From the NCBI RefSeq assembly GCF_001194135.2, contig NC_068984.1:138938154-138970369 (forward strand): a stretch of DNA of 32,216 nt, read 5' to 3'. The notes under the pieces were generated by a model that did not search any database, was not told the DNA's origin, and saw nothing but the letters and a program-made list of their open reading frames with translations. Position 1 is the first letter of the stretch, and each line of letters starts with the position of its first letter. Below, one piece after another: positions 1 through 9,955 of this stretch. The DNA is from Octopus bimaculoides (Eukaryota). The translations under genes and the position numbers were made by a program.

Positions 1-73
1 ATTATTATTATTATTGTTGTTGTTGTTGTTGTTTATTATTATTGCTGTTGTTGTTGTTGTTCTGGCATTGTTG

Positions 74-127
<54 letters not shown>
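1..127. repeat. Compound (ATT)n/(GTT)n microsatellite
   Basis: Read directly: ATT and GTT trinucleotide runs. Confidence 0.97.
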
Positions 128-128
<1 letters not shown>

Positions 129-793
129 GTTTGCAATAGAAAGACAACATATGCGAGCTTGTGAGTTATTTTTGGATTTTGCTGTTCTGAATAATGTCAT
201 TTTGGTTTTAGTTGCATCATTTTGTTAAAAAGCCAACCAATATCCCCTGAGATGAGGTTAATTTTTCAGAAATGTTCGCTTCTTCGAGGCGAATTTTGGC
301 GTTTTCAGCTGTAAAGCTGAACATTTTTCTAAAGGAAAACAACATAGTTTTCAAAATCGATGGAGGACATGGCATTTGAAAGAAGTATTGACAGAAAATG
401 TGTATTAAGCAATAGCTATGACAACAACAACAAAATACATGAATGAGGAAGAACGTAAAAGAAGCCCTATCACCACACCTCACACCCCACACCATTACAG
501 TTACTATCAAGAAGAACAACAGCAGTGACAAGATAAAGAGAACATTGAGAACATTAAAACAAATACGACCCTCACCACCACCACCAATACAGAAATGATT
601 GCAATATAAACACTAAATAGGCTTGTAAACAAAGAAACAGCTTTGTAAATATTTGAAGAAAACTAGAAGCAATTAATTGAAGGAAAAATAATAATAAAAA
701 TTGCAAAACCGCATCTCGGCAAAATTGGCAGAACGATATATCTTAGCACACCGCAACAAATTCAAAAGAAAACCCAAAGAAACTATTGATACG

Positions 794-795
<2 letters not shown>

Positions 796-837
<42 letters not shown>
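796..837. repeat. (CA)n microsatellite
   Basis: Read directly. Confidence 0.97.
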
Positions 838-840
<3 letters not shown>

Positions 841-939
841 TGGAGTGTTCCGTGATAGAAAATTCAACAAAAAGTACTGCATATGTTGAGAGATAAATAT
901 TATTTATGTAAACGACAGAATAATTTCATATACAGTTCT

Positions 940-1122
940 ATATTTAAGAGATGAGGAATTATGTACATTATTTACAATATTTACATTTGACAGATATTTG
1001 TCTTCATCTTGTTTGTTGTTAACACAACATTTCGGCTGATATACCCTCCAGCCTTCATCAGATGCCTTGGGAAATTTCAAACCGGGGTTCTCATTCCTAA
1101 GGTATTTTTCGATGTTGTTGTT

Positions 1123-1125
<3 letters not shown>
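940..1125 (-). mobile_element. Short non-coding hammerhead-bearing interspersed element (probable Penelope-derived non-autonomous repeat); boundaries approximate
   Basis: Carries the hammerhead, has no ORF and abuts an (ATT)n tract. Only one copy is in the window, so repeat status is inferred. Confidence 0.5.
1021..1066 (-). ncRNA. Minimal type-I hammerhead ribozyme (Penelope-associated type)
   Basis: Minus strand reads GGCAU-CUGAUGA-A-GGCUG-gaggguauau-CAGCC-GAAA-UGUU-GUGUU. It has the intact CUGANGA and GAAA core, a perfect 5-bp helix II, a helix I (GGCAU/GUGUU, with three G-U pairs) and a minimal helix III with a predicted GUU cleavage site between 1026 and 1025. Confidence 0.75.

Positions 1126-1180
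<55 letters not shown>
1126..1180. repeat. (ATT)n microsatellite
   Basis: Read directly. Confidence 0.97.
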
Positions 1181-1183
<3 letters not shown>

Positions 1184-1699
1184 TCGTATTATTAAGGCGG
1201 CATGNNNNNNNNNNNNNNNNNNNNNNNNNNNNNNNNNNNNNNNNNNNNNNNNNNNNNNNNNNNNNNNNNNNNNNNNNNNNNNNNNNNNNNNNNNNNNNNN
1301 NNNNNNNNNNNNNNNNNNNNNNNNNNNNNNCCCCCCCAGAAAACACACTCTAGATCTGAAATTTTCAACAGTTGCAAGCATATGTACGGAGATATTTTGG
1401 AGAATTGGAAAATTCCACTTATTCCTGATTAACTTGATATCTTTCCAGCTTATAATTTCCGGTCTACTTTTTACTTTTCACATTTTAGTTTTTCTGTTTT
1501 CGTTTTCGGCTTCTTTAACTTTCCGAGTTTTCTAGATACTGCCTTCCCAGTTTTTCGCGTTTCTTCTCTTATTCAATTTTTAAAACTCGCTACGATATGT
1601 GGTTTGTGCGTAATGAATATGTTTGAGATATTTCTCAACATATGTAGCTATTAGTAGCACCTGAAGATATGTATTGTGTCCTTTAAATAAATACTTATA

Positions 1700-2100
1700 G
1701 CGTGACTGTTTGGTATAAGTAAGAAGCATGGTTCCCAACCATATGATTCTGGGTTCAGTCCCGTTGTGTGGCGCCTTGGGCAAGTGGCTTCTACTATAGC
1801 CTTAGGCCGACCAAAGCCTTGTGGGTGGATTTGATAGACGGAAACTGAAAGAAGACCGTTGCATATATGTATATATATATATCTATGGGTATGTTTCTTT
1901 GGATCTGTGTTTGTCCCCAACCACTGCTTGACAACCGGTGTTGGTGTGTTTACGTCCCGTAAATTAGCGGTTCGAGAAAAGAGACCGATAGAATAAGTAC
2001 AGGTTTAAAAAATAAATCCTGGGGTCTATTTGTTTGTCTAAAACTATTCAAGGCGGTGCTCCAGCATGGCGCAGTCAAATGGCTGAAACAAATAAAAGAA
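1700..2100 (+). mobile_element. tRNA-derived SINE family B (CORE-like domain, internal TA/TG linker), full length
   Basis: GGGTTCAGTCCC B-box-like motif, CORE-like GCCTTGGGCAAGTG, body and AATAAAAGA tail are shared with copies at 15288, 26804 and 29221. Confidence 0.9.
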
Positions 2101-2559
2101 TAAATGAATACATATGCTTTGTGACTTGAAAAAGCGATGAATACACAGATAGAAAAGTACCTTAAACCAATCTGGTGAATAAAAATCTACGTCACTCGAG
2201 GAAGTCGCTTTAGTACAGTTGAATTGAGGTTTACAATCGAAGATTCAGTAAGTTAACCACAACACTAAAGAGTACCGAACTGCAGCTGGTTCTATAATAA
2301 GTCTGTTGAAGACTGGTAAAATTAATGTTGTGTGAGGTACCATTAAGTGTATGTATCATCTTGCCTGTAGCTACCTGAATGTATACAGCAAAGAAAATAA
2401 ACGACTATTCTTCAAGTTCACAGACTGAGAAGAGAAAATTGGTGAGGCCGTTTCTGCCAGCTCACCGCGTTTAGTAGCACATATAATGCATGTAGTATGA
2501 AGCATTTATGGTAATATGTGTATGTGTGTGAGAATGCGTGTGTGTATGCATGTATGTAT

Positions 2560-2892
2560 GTTGTTGTTGTTGGCACTCCGTCGCTTACGACGTCGAGGCT
2601 TCCAGTTGATCCGATCAACAGAACAGCCTGCTCGTGAAATTAACGTGCAAGTGGCTGAGCACACCACAGACACGTGTACCCTTAACGTAGTTCTTGGGGA
2701 TATTCAGCGTGACACAGTGTGACAAGGCTGGCCCTTTGAATTACAGGCACAACAGAAACAGGAAGTAAGAGTGAGAGACAGTTGTGGTGAAAGAGTACAG
2801 CAGGGTTCGCCACCATCCCCTGCCGGAGCCTTGTGGAGCTTTAGGTGTTTTCGCTCAATAAACACTCACAACGCCCGGTCTGGGAATCGAAA
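2560..2892 (-). mobile_element. tRNA-derived SINE family A, 5' end lost in gap
   Basis: Near-identical to 9669-9955 and 20930-21285. GGGAATCGAAA is the reverse complement of the B box. The tail is (CAA)n. Confidence 0.93.
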
Positions 2893-3372
2893 NNNNNNNN
2901 NNNNNNNNNNNNNNNNNNNNNNNNNNNNNNNNNNNNNNNNNNNNNNNNNNNNNNNNNNNNNNNNNNNNNNNNNNNNNNNNNNNNNNNNNNNNNNNNNNNN
3001 NNNNNNNNNNNNNNNNNNNNNNNNNNNNNNNNNNNNNNNNNNNNNNNNNNNNNNNNNNNNNNNNNNNNNNNNNNNNNNNNNNNNNNNNNNNNNNNNNNNN
3101 NNNNNNNNNNNNNNNNNNNNNNNNNNNNNNNNNNNNNNNNNNNNNNNNNNNNNNNNNNNNNNNNNNNNNNNNNNNNNNNNNNNNNNNNNNNNNNNNNNNN
3201 NNNNNNNNNNNNNNNNNNNNNNNNNNNNNNNNNNNNNNNNNNNNNNNNNNNNNNNNNNNNNNNNNNNNNNNNNNNNNNNNNNNNNNNNNNNNNNNNNNNN
3301 NNNNNNNNNNNNNNNNNNNNNNNNNNNNNNNNNNNNNNNNNNNNNNNNNNNNNNNNNNNNNNNNNNNNNNNN

Positions 3373-3408
<36 letters not shown>

Positions 3409-3600
3409 CATTCAAATACCGACAGAAGCAGTATAAATACCAAAAGTTAATCTTGATCTCCATCTCAACTTGGAGGGTATGTGTATGTGTGTATGTGTGT
3501 ATGTATGTATGTATGTATGTGTGTATGTTGTAAATGCATATATACAGAGAGAGATAGCTAGATACATACATACGTACATACATTCATACATACATGCATA
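3373..3600. repeat. (TA)n plus degenerate (GTAT)n/(CATA)n simple repeats
   Basis: Read directly. Confidence 0.85.
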
Positions 3601-4264
3601 AGCATACCAAATGATATTAGTATGAATTTGTGTTTATATATACATTTTCATATGTCGAGTAGGACACATACGTGCTTCAAATAGGTATATTTTCTTTTCT
3701 TATTTCTTTTATCCTACTTTTTTACTCCACTGTTACCCGAAATGCCTCTACTACTTTTCCCTTTCTATTTTTCGGTATACAATTTACTGTGCGCAACTTT
3801 CAATGCCTAAATCTTTTGTGTTTAAATTTCCTCCCATCAATTTTCGAATTTCTGTTTTGACAAAACTTCTGAAAGTTTCAATCATTTTCTCTGGAAGTGT
3901 TGTGTTTTATGTTTACTAACCATAATACTAGAAGTTAAAAGAAAGAGACCTTCCGCACACGTTCAGACACCTCAAAATAATATATCACTTAACTTTTCTT
4001 CCTGTCAGTAATAATTAATGTGCAAAGGAGGAGACTAAAATATTAATAGTAACAACTCTTTCTAATTTTGGCAGAAAAGCCAGCGATTGCTTTGCATAGT
4101 TTTCATTTGTCTGCTGTATTTTTTTCCTTCGCATAGACATTGTTGTGTTAACTGGTGCTAGCATATTTTAATTACGAAGTTCATGAATATTTTAAACATG
4201 AATGATAGTATCGGCAAACCAAAATTTGTTATATTGTTTATGCCTGGAGATTTCCATGATTCGG

Positions 4265-4292
4265 CTGTTGCTGCTGCTGTTGTTGCTGTTGA

Positions 4293-4332
<40 letters not shown>

Positions 4333-4453
4333 CTTCTTCTTCTTCTTCTTCTTCTTCTTCTTCTTCTTCTTCTTCTTCTTCTTCTTCTTCTTCTTCTTCT
4401 TCTTCTTCTTCTTCTTCTTCTTCTTCTTCTTCTTCTTCTTCTTCTTCTTCTTC
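4265..4453. repeat. Compound (GCT/GTT)n-(CTT)n microsatellite
   Basis: Read directly; about 40 uninterrupted CTT units. Confidence 0.98.
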
Positions 4454-4454
4454 A

Positions 4455-5386
4455 GGATTTATCCTAGCAGCCCAAAATCCATTCCTACTTACAAGAAGCT
4501 ACCAGGCCAACATCTTAAAGAACGGCAGTAGCCCAGCATGTCACGTATGTAAACGACAGAAGGAAACAATCGATGATATTATCTTCATGTGCAGCCTTCT
4601 TGCGCCTACAGGGTATCTCCACAGGCATGATAGAGCAGCATAGTATATCCACTGGGTAATTTGCAAAGGCTTGGACCTTCCCCATGATAAAAATCGGTGG
4701 GAATATAAACCACATCCAGTGCTCTCACTCCGTAGGAACTTTACTGTTCAAACTGACAAAACGATAGATGCAAGTAGGCCTGACATTATACTGAAGGATT
4801 CCAGACAAAACTCATGCATCCTCGTCGATATAACTGTCTCAATCGACATAAATGTATCTGTAATGACCTACCAAAAACTGAACAAGTATAAAGATCTTGA
4901 AACAGAAATTGGCAAAATGTAGAACCTCAAGACTGAAACAATACCTGTTGTCATGGGTGCCCTAGGACTGATAGCAAAAGGGGCTGATTGCTGCTTAACT
5001 CAGATACCAAGAAATCCCAAAATGGAAGAAATTGAAAAAGTAGTACTCATGGGAACTTCTCATATCCTACGTAAAATATTGTCTATGTAATCCCCAAAAC
5101 CTTTTCATGTGAGCAGTGTCAAGATATTTTTAAATGTACGTGATAGCAAACACTTTTTACTGTCATCTTAACATCAGACTATCATCTTATAATCAAATTA
5201 CTTTTAAAGCAAAATTCTAATTTACTTGTTTTGACAGTCCTTCTCCAGAACAATACTCTGTGAAAAACCCAAAATATGCCACCCTAGTCATAATACCAGC
5301 TTGAACTTCTAACTTGTTGTCTTTTGAGGTCTCTGGATGAGACTTGGAGTCATCTTGTACAAATACAATGCAAAAGCCAAACACAT
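4455..5386 (+). mobile_element. 5'-truncated R4/Dong-like (R2 superfamily, REL endonuclease) non-LTR retrotransposon: C-terminal pseudo-ORF 4455-5090 plus putative 3' UTR
   Basis: One frame with two internal TAG stops: GFILAAQ...CHVCKRQKETIDDIIFMC (CX2CX8HX4C knuckle, H>D)...RHD...RPDII...LVDIT...KLNKYKDL...IPVVMGALG...HILRKILSM*. These are the zinc knuckle, RHD and PD-(D/E)xK motifs of REL elements. The 3' UTR limit is inferred, with a stem-loop AGGTCTC/GAGACTT near 5327-5345. Confidence 0.88.
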
Positions 5387-6344
5387 GTATGTATTTGCGC
5401 TTGTGCTTGTTATCCACTCACCACTTAACAAAAGGCGTAAGTTTGAGACGTCTACATAACTTATTAGTTTGGAAAAAGAGACTGATAAAATAAACATCAA
5501 CGTTAAAAATACGTCCTGTAATCAATCCACAGCTTTCCCCTAACATGGCTGCCGTCCAAAGACTAAAACAAATAAAAGACGAACGACCTTAAAAACGTGT
5601 GAATTAGCCAATTTATATGTGGTTTGATTGTTCGTAACGATCTTTTGCCTTTCTCGGAGTGGTGCCGTTTCTATAACTCTTATTACAAGGTCATCTGATA
5701 CAATTCTGTTGTTCTGCTGCGTCAGAGTCACATTTCCCTTGTTTGTGGACCCTCCAAAACGTGTTTACTTCAATTTTCTATGGAAAAACCCTTTTTCCGA
5801 CTTTGAAATTTTACAAACACAGAGCAAAGCCGAAGATTTTATTACTATCCATTTATATTCATGCATCGTTTAATATGCGTGTCCTAATCGTTTTACATAT
5901 CACTTATATGACCAGTTGAACTCGCTACTCTTCTTTTCAATCATTTGAATAGCTTAAGATATGTAAAGCAGCTTATAGCTTTTCCTTTATATCTTCAGTA
6001 AACTAAGTGGCTTGCATTTCCATAATTTTATTTCATTTTTATTTGTTTTCTAGATGGAATGCCATTTCTATGTTTACACTGTTGCTCTTGATAGCAAACA
6101 AAGGTCCTTTTGTCAGTAATAAATTTTTTATTATTATCTTTACTGGAAGTTTTATTATTTATGTTATGTCTGTTGGCGATGATTTATTATGCTAATGNNN
6201 NNNNNNNNNNNNNNNNNNNNNNNNNNNNNNNNATATATATATATATATATATATATACATACATACATACATAATAGTGTTCTTCACAGCAGAGTGATGT
6301 AATTTTGAATTGTTTTAGTTCTATACATTTTTCAATTTTAAATA

Positions 6345-7215
6345 TTGTATTTAGTCAAAAGTTTTGCAATATTTTAGTACGTTATTTGCTTTCTTTATCA
6401 AGCTACAACAACATCAGCCTAACATTCGAAGTGGTGGCCATCGTGTTGCACAGTCTGGAACCACTTTTCTGCCAGTTCTTTCATCCCAGGCTTGTCCTTC
6501 GAGGCAAAGAGCTCCTTCATTGCAGTTTCCACCTCCACGTGGTTGCTGTGTCGCGAGTGCAGGTAGGGAGCCGTGGATCAGAACAAATAATAAACCGAAG
6601 GAGTTAGGTTCAGACTATATTCTGGATGTAGGATCAGTTCGATTTCCTTTAGTTCCTGGTGTTTATTTCGGGTTGTTCGAGTGGTATGAGGTTTTGTGGT
6701 GTCTTGCTACAAAATAGCTCGCTTTCTTATTTCTTTATTGCTCACAAGGGGCTAAACATAGCGGGGACAAGCAAGGACAGACAAAGGGATTAAGTCGATT
6801 ACATCAACCTCAGTGCGTAACTGGTACTTAATTTATCGACCCCGAAAGGATGAAAGGCAAAGTCGACCTCCGCGGAATTTGAACTCAGAATGTAACGGCA
6901 GACAAAATACCGCTAAGCATTTCGCCTGGCGTGCTAACGTTTCTGCCAGCTCGCCGCTTTCTGTTAACCAATACCGGGCATATTTTCCTCACAGTGGTAT
7001 GCGTCGGCTCCAGCTGTTCGGCCTACAGGTTGGCATCGATGGTTCACTATTCGACTGTCCTGAACGAATTTGTAGTGAATTATCCCCCCATAATTCCACT
7101 AGACGGAAAGCACCACCTTGCATTCGAAACTCCCGTGTTTGGCGACAAGTTCCGGAAGCTGACTCTTGTTAACCACTGCTTATGCGCGCTAGGATTGCGG
7201 GAAAATAATTTCCCT
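6345..7215 (-). mobile_element. Degenerate mariner (DD34D-type) transposon, 3' two-thirds with right TIR, split by a SINE
   Basis: Minus-strand remnants: KVVLSV*WNYGGIIHYKFV, TIDANL*AEQLE...PVLVNR, QDTTKPHTTRTT...HPEYSLNLTPSVYYLF (cf. HDNARPH, HPPYSPDLAPSDYHLF), KELAEKWFQTVQHDGHHFEC*. TIR TTGTATTTAGTCAAAAGTTTTGCAATA follows TA at 6343-6344. Confidence 0.85.
6728..6954 (-). mobile_element. tRNA-derived SINE family C, left monomer, with 8-bp TSD
   Basis: A-box-like GGCGAGCTGGCAGAAACGTTAG and B-box GAGTTCAAATTCC on the minus strand. TSD CGCTTTCT at 6720-6727 and 6955-6962; removing the SINE restores the mariner frame (VNRKRAIL). Confidence 0.92.
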
Positions 7216-7224
7216 GAGATTAGT

Positions 7225-7468
7225 ACATATTTTGATCCATGGCTCATTTCCTGCGCTTGCGAAGTTTCATCAACAAATAGGAGCTGAAAGCTTCAGTGAA
7301 GGACAAGAAATGATATTAGCAGGACATCAAAGAACTGACGCAATGATGGCTTCAGACAGGGCAACACGATGGACTCTACTTTGAATGTTAGGTTGCTTTT
7401 GGTTTTTTAACTTAACGAATAAAGCAAATCACCTACCAAAGTATTGCAAAACTTTTGACTCAGCACAA
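7225..7468 (+). mobile_element. Second copy of the same mariner family, 3' end with right TIR, opposite orientation
   Basis: SMAHFLRLRSF...VKDKK*Y*QDIKELTQ*WLQTGQHDGLYFEC*. TIR TATTGCAAAACTTTTGACTCAGCACAA is followed by TA (7469-7470) and is 24/27 identical to the TIR at 6345. Confidence 0.85.
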
Positions 7469-7685
7469 TACTACAAGCTGTCTTTGTGTTATTTTATTTC
7501 CTTTTGTTCCAATACGAGTAAACGTTTGAGCCTGCAAGCAATCGCCCGTCCTGATGTAAATGACACCATAATTTCTTTCAAATCAAACCATCTAATCTCA
7601 TCCTGCAAAAAAGATGATAATGTTGTGCCTACAGATTTGATCAATAAACAGCAGCAGAAACAACAACAGATTTTTCCACTGGGTG

Positions 7686-7835
7686 CAGGCATGGTTAGAT
7701 GGTTAAGAAGATCGTTTTGCAACTACATGGTTTCTGCTTCAGTCCTATGCCGTACAGAACCTTCGACAAATGCTTTCTGTTCCAAATCCTGTGAGTGTAT
7801 TTGGCGAACGGAATCTCTGTGGAAGCCAGTGTATG
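7686..7835 (+). mobile_element. Decayed SINE family B, 5' half
   Basis: Diverged match to the family B head and to the GTGAGTG(G)ATTTGG..GACGGAA segment. Confidence 0.6.
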
Positions 7836-7935
7836 CCCGAGGATATAGTAGAAGACACTTGCCCAAGGTGCCACGCAGTGGGACAGAACCCGGAACCATG
7901 TGGTTGAGAAGCAATCTTCATACCATACAGCCACG
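7836..7935 (-). mobile_element. SINE family B head
   Basis: AGAAGACACTTGCCCAAGGTGCCACGCAGTGGGACAGAACCCGGAACC is the reverse complement of the family B head/CORE segment. Confidence 0.88.
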
Positions 7936-8207
7936 TATTTTTACTACAAATAGACATGCTGTCTCAGACGCCTTGATGCAATTTAGAAATCTTATTATCA
8001 CTAAGTTTCATTATACAATTCTCGGTGTCTAGCGCTTGTTTGAAGTATCCCTTTACGTAAGTAACATTAAAGAAATACATCAATAAATCATGTTACTTTT
8101 CTCGTTTGGCTTTGAGGTATGTATAACTCTGATGTAAGTAGAACTTGTATCCCACCAAGTATACTTCTTATACTTATATCATCCACATTGGCTTATTGAT
8201 GAGCCTA

Positions 8208-8340
8208 GTGGAGGCGCAATGACCCAGTGGTTAGGGCAGCGGATCGTGGTCATAGGATCGCGGTTTCGATTCCCAGACCTGGCGTTGTGAGTGTTTATTG
8301 AGCGAAAACACCTAAAGCTCCATGCGGCTCCGGCAGCGGG
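8208..8340 (+). mobile_element. SINE family A, tRNA-like head only
   Basis: A box TGACCCAGTGG, B box GGTTTCGATTCCC, followed by the family A body. Confidence 0.88.
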
Positions 8341-8469
8341 TGCACAAATATAGTAATAATAATAAATAATTATTATTATTATACTTATCTTTGTTTTGAT
8401 GTTAAGATTGAAAAAATCGGCAGAGTTTGTAAAATAATTTAGATCTACGCGCACTTATTCCTATGTGAA

Positions 8470-8680
8470 GCTGTGTTTGTGTTTGTTTCCGCACCGCTTG
8501 ATAACTGCTGTTAGTTTGTTCTCGTCTCCCTAATGTAGCAGTTCAGCAAAAGAAGTCCGACAAAATAGGTAGTATATTTTAAAATAAATACTAGGGTAGA
8601 TTTCTTTCGACTAAAACCCTTCAGGTCAATGTCCCAGCATGACCGCAGTCCAATGTGATGTAAAAGCGGGTGACGGATAA
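8470..8680 (+). mobile_element. Decayed SINE family B, 3' half
   Basis: CCGCTTGATAAC...GTTCAGCAAAAGA...CCAGCATGACCGCAGTC matches the family B 3' part. Confidence 0.7.
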
Positions 8681-8724
8681 ATCTACCACACAAACTTAAT
8701 AGTCTTTTATCCATTAGTCCGCTC

Positions 8725-8802
8725 AAGTTGCCGTGCAATGGGACTGAACGCAGCACCACATGGTAGCAAACGAGATTTTTAACCATACAGCCACACCTGC
8801 GC
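8725..8802 (-). mobile_element. Decayed SINE family B head
   Basis: GGGACTGAAC...ACCACATGG...AACCATACAGCCAC is the reverse complement of the family B head. Confidence 0.6.
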
Positions 8803-9065
8803 CAAGATTAACTGCTTCGCAGATATTTTCATACGTTTATATTAATACTACGACAAATGTAATGGAAGACAAAAGTCAACAGGGAACACCACAAATATTT
8901 TTCAGTATATAATTACGTTCCTTTATGTTTAGAATTTGAAACGCAAAAGCGTTGCTATCAAATTTGTCGTTCTGGGAGTTATCTCGAACATATTTGTCAG
9001 AAAAGAACAGGGATCAAGTGAATTGACAAGCTCTCCTTCAACAAAGTAACGGTGTAAATATATTA

Positions 9066-9263
9066 TTCTTTTATTCTTTTATTAGTTTCAGTCATTTGAC
9101 TACAACCATACTGGACCACTGCCTTTAGTCGAACAATTCGACCCCAGGACTTATTCTTTGTAAGTCTAGCACTTATTCTATCGACAAAGTTACGGTGACA
9201 TAAACACACCAGCATCGATTATCAAGCGATGGTGAGGAGACAAACACAGACACAAACACACGC

Positions 9264-9300
<37 letters not shown>
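9066..9300 (-). mobile_element. SINE family B, 3' half, runs into gap
   Basis: Reverse complement of the family B 3' body and tail. Confidence 0.85.
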
Positions 9301-9668
9301 NNNNNNNNNNNNNNNNNNNNNNNNNNNNNNNNNNNNNNNNNNNNNNNNNNNNNNNNNNNNNNNNNNNNNNNNNNNNNNNNNNNNNNNNNNNNNNNNNNNN
9401 NNNNNNNNNNNNNNNNNNNNNNNNNNNNNNNNNNNNNNNNNNNNNNNNNNNNNNNNNNNNNNNNNNNNNNNNNNNNNNNNNNNNNNNNNNNNNNNNNNNN
9501 NNNNNNNNNNNNNNNNNNNNNNNNNNNNNNNNNNNNNNNNNNNNNNNNNNNNNNNNNNNNNNNNNNNNNNNNNNNNNNNNNNNNNNNNNNNNNNNNNNNN
9601 NNNNNNNNNNNNNNNNNNNNNNNNNNNNNNNNNNNNNNNNNNNNNNNNNNNNNNNNNNNNNNNNNNNN

Positions 9669-9955
9669 GCAAGTGGCTGAGCACTCCACAGACACGTGTA
9701 CCCTTAACGTAGTTCTCGGGGATATTCAGCGTGACACAGTGTGACAAGGCTGACCCTTTGAATTACAGGCACAACAGAAACAGGAAGTAAGAGTGAGAGA
9801 AAGTTGTGGTGAAAGAGTACAGCAGGGTTCGCCACCATCCCCTGCCGGAGCCTCGTGGAGCTTTAGGTGTTTTTGCTCAATAAACACTCACAACGCCCGG
9901 TCTGGGAATCGAAACGGCGATCCTATGACCGCGAGTCCGCTGTCCGAACCATTAT
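9669..9955 (-). mobile_element. SINE family A
   Basis: Near-identical to 2560-2892 and 20930-21285. Confidence 0.93.

Noticed and set aside
5096-5143. KTFSCEQCQDIFKCT resembling the start of a C2H2 zinc finger
   Set aside because: It stops before any histidines and is not repeated.
5217-5275. Apparent 32-nt minus-strand exon EYCSGEGLSKQ with AG/GT borders, kinase-like EYCSG
   Set aside because: It lies inside the inferred R4-like 3' UTR, is very short, and has no neighbouring kinase exons.
8208-8275. tRNA-like A/B-box sequences here and in other SINE heads
   Set aside because: They continue into SINE bodies and lack a complete cloverleaf, so they are not tRNA genes.
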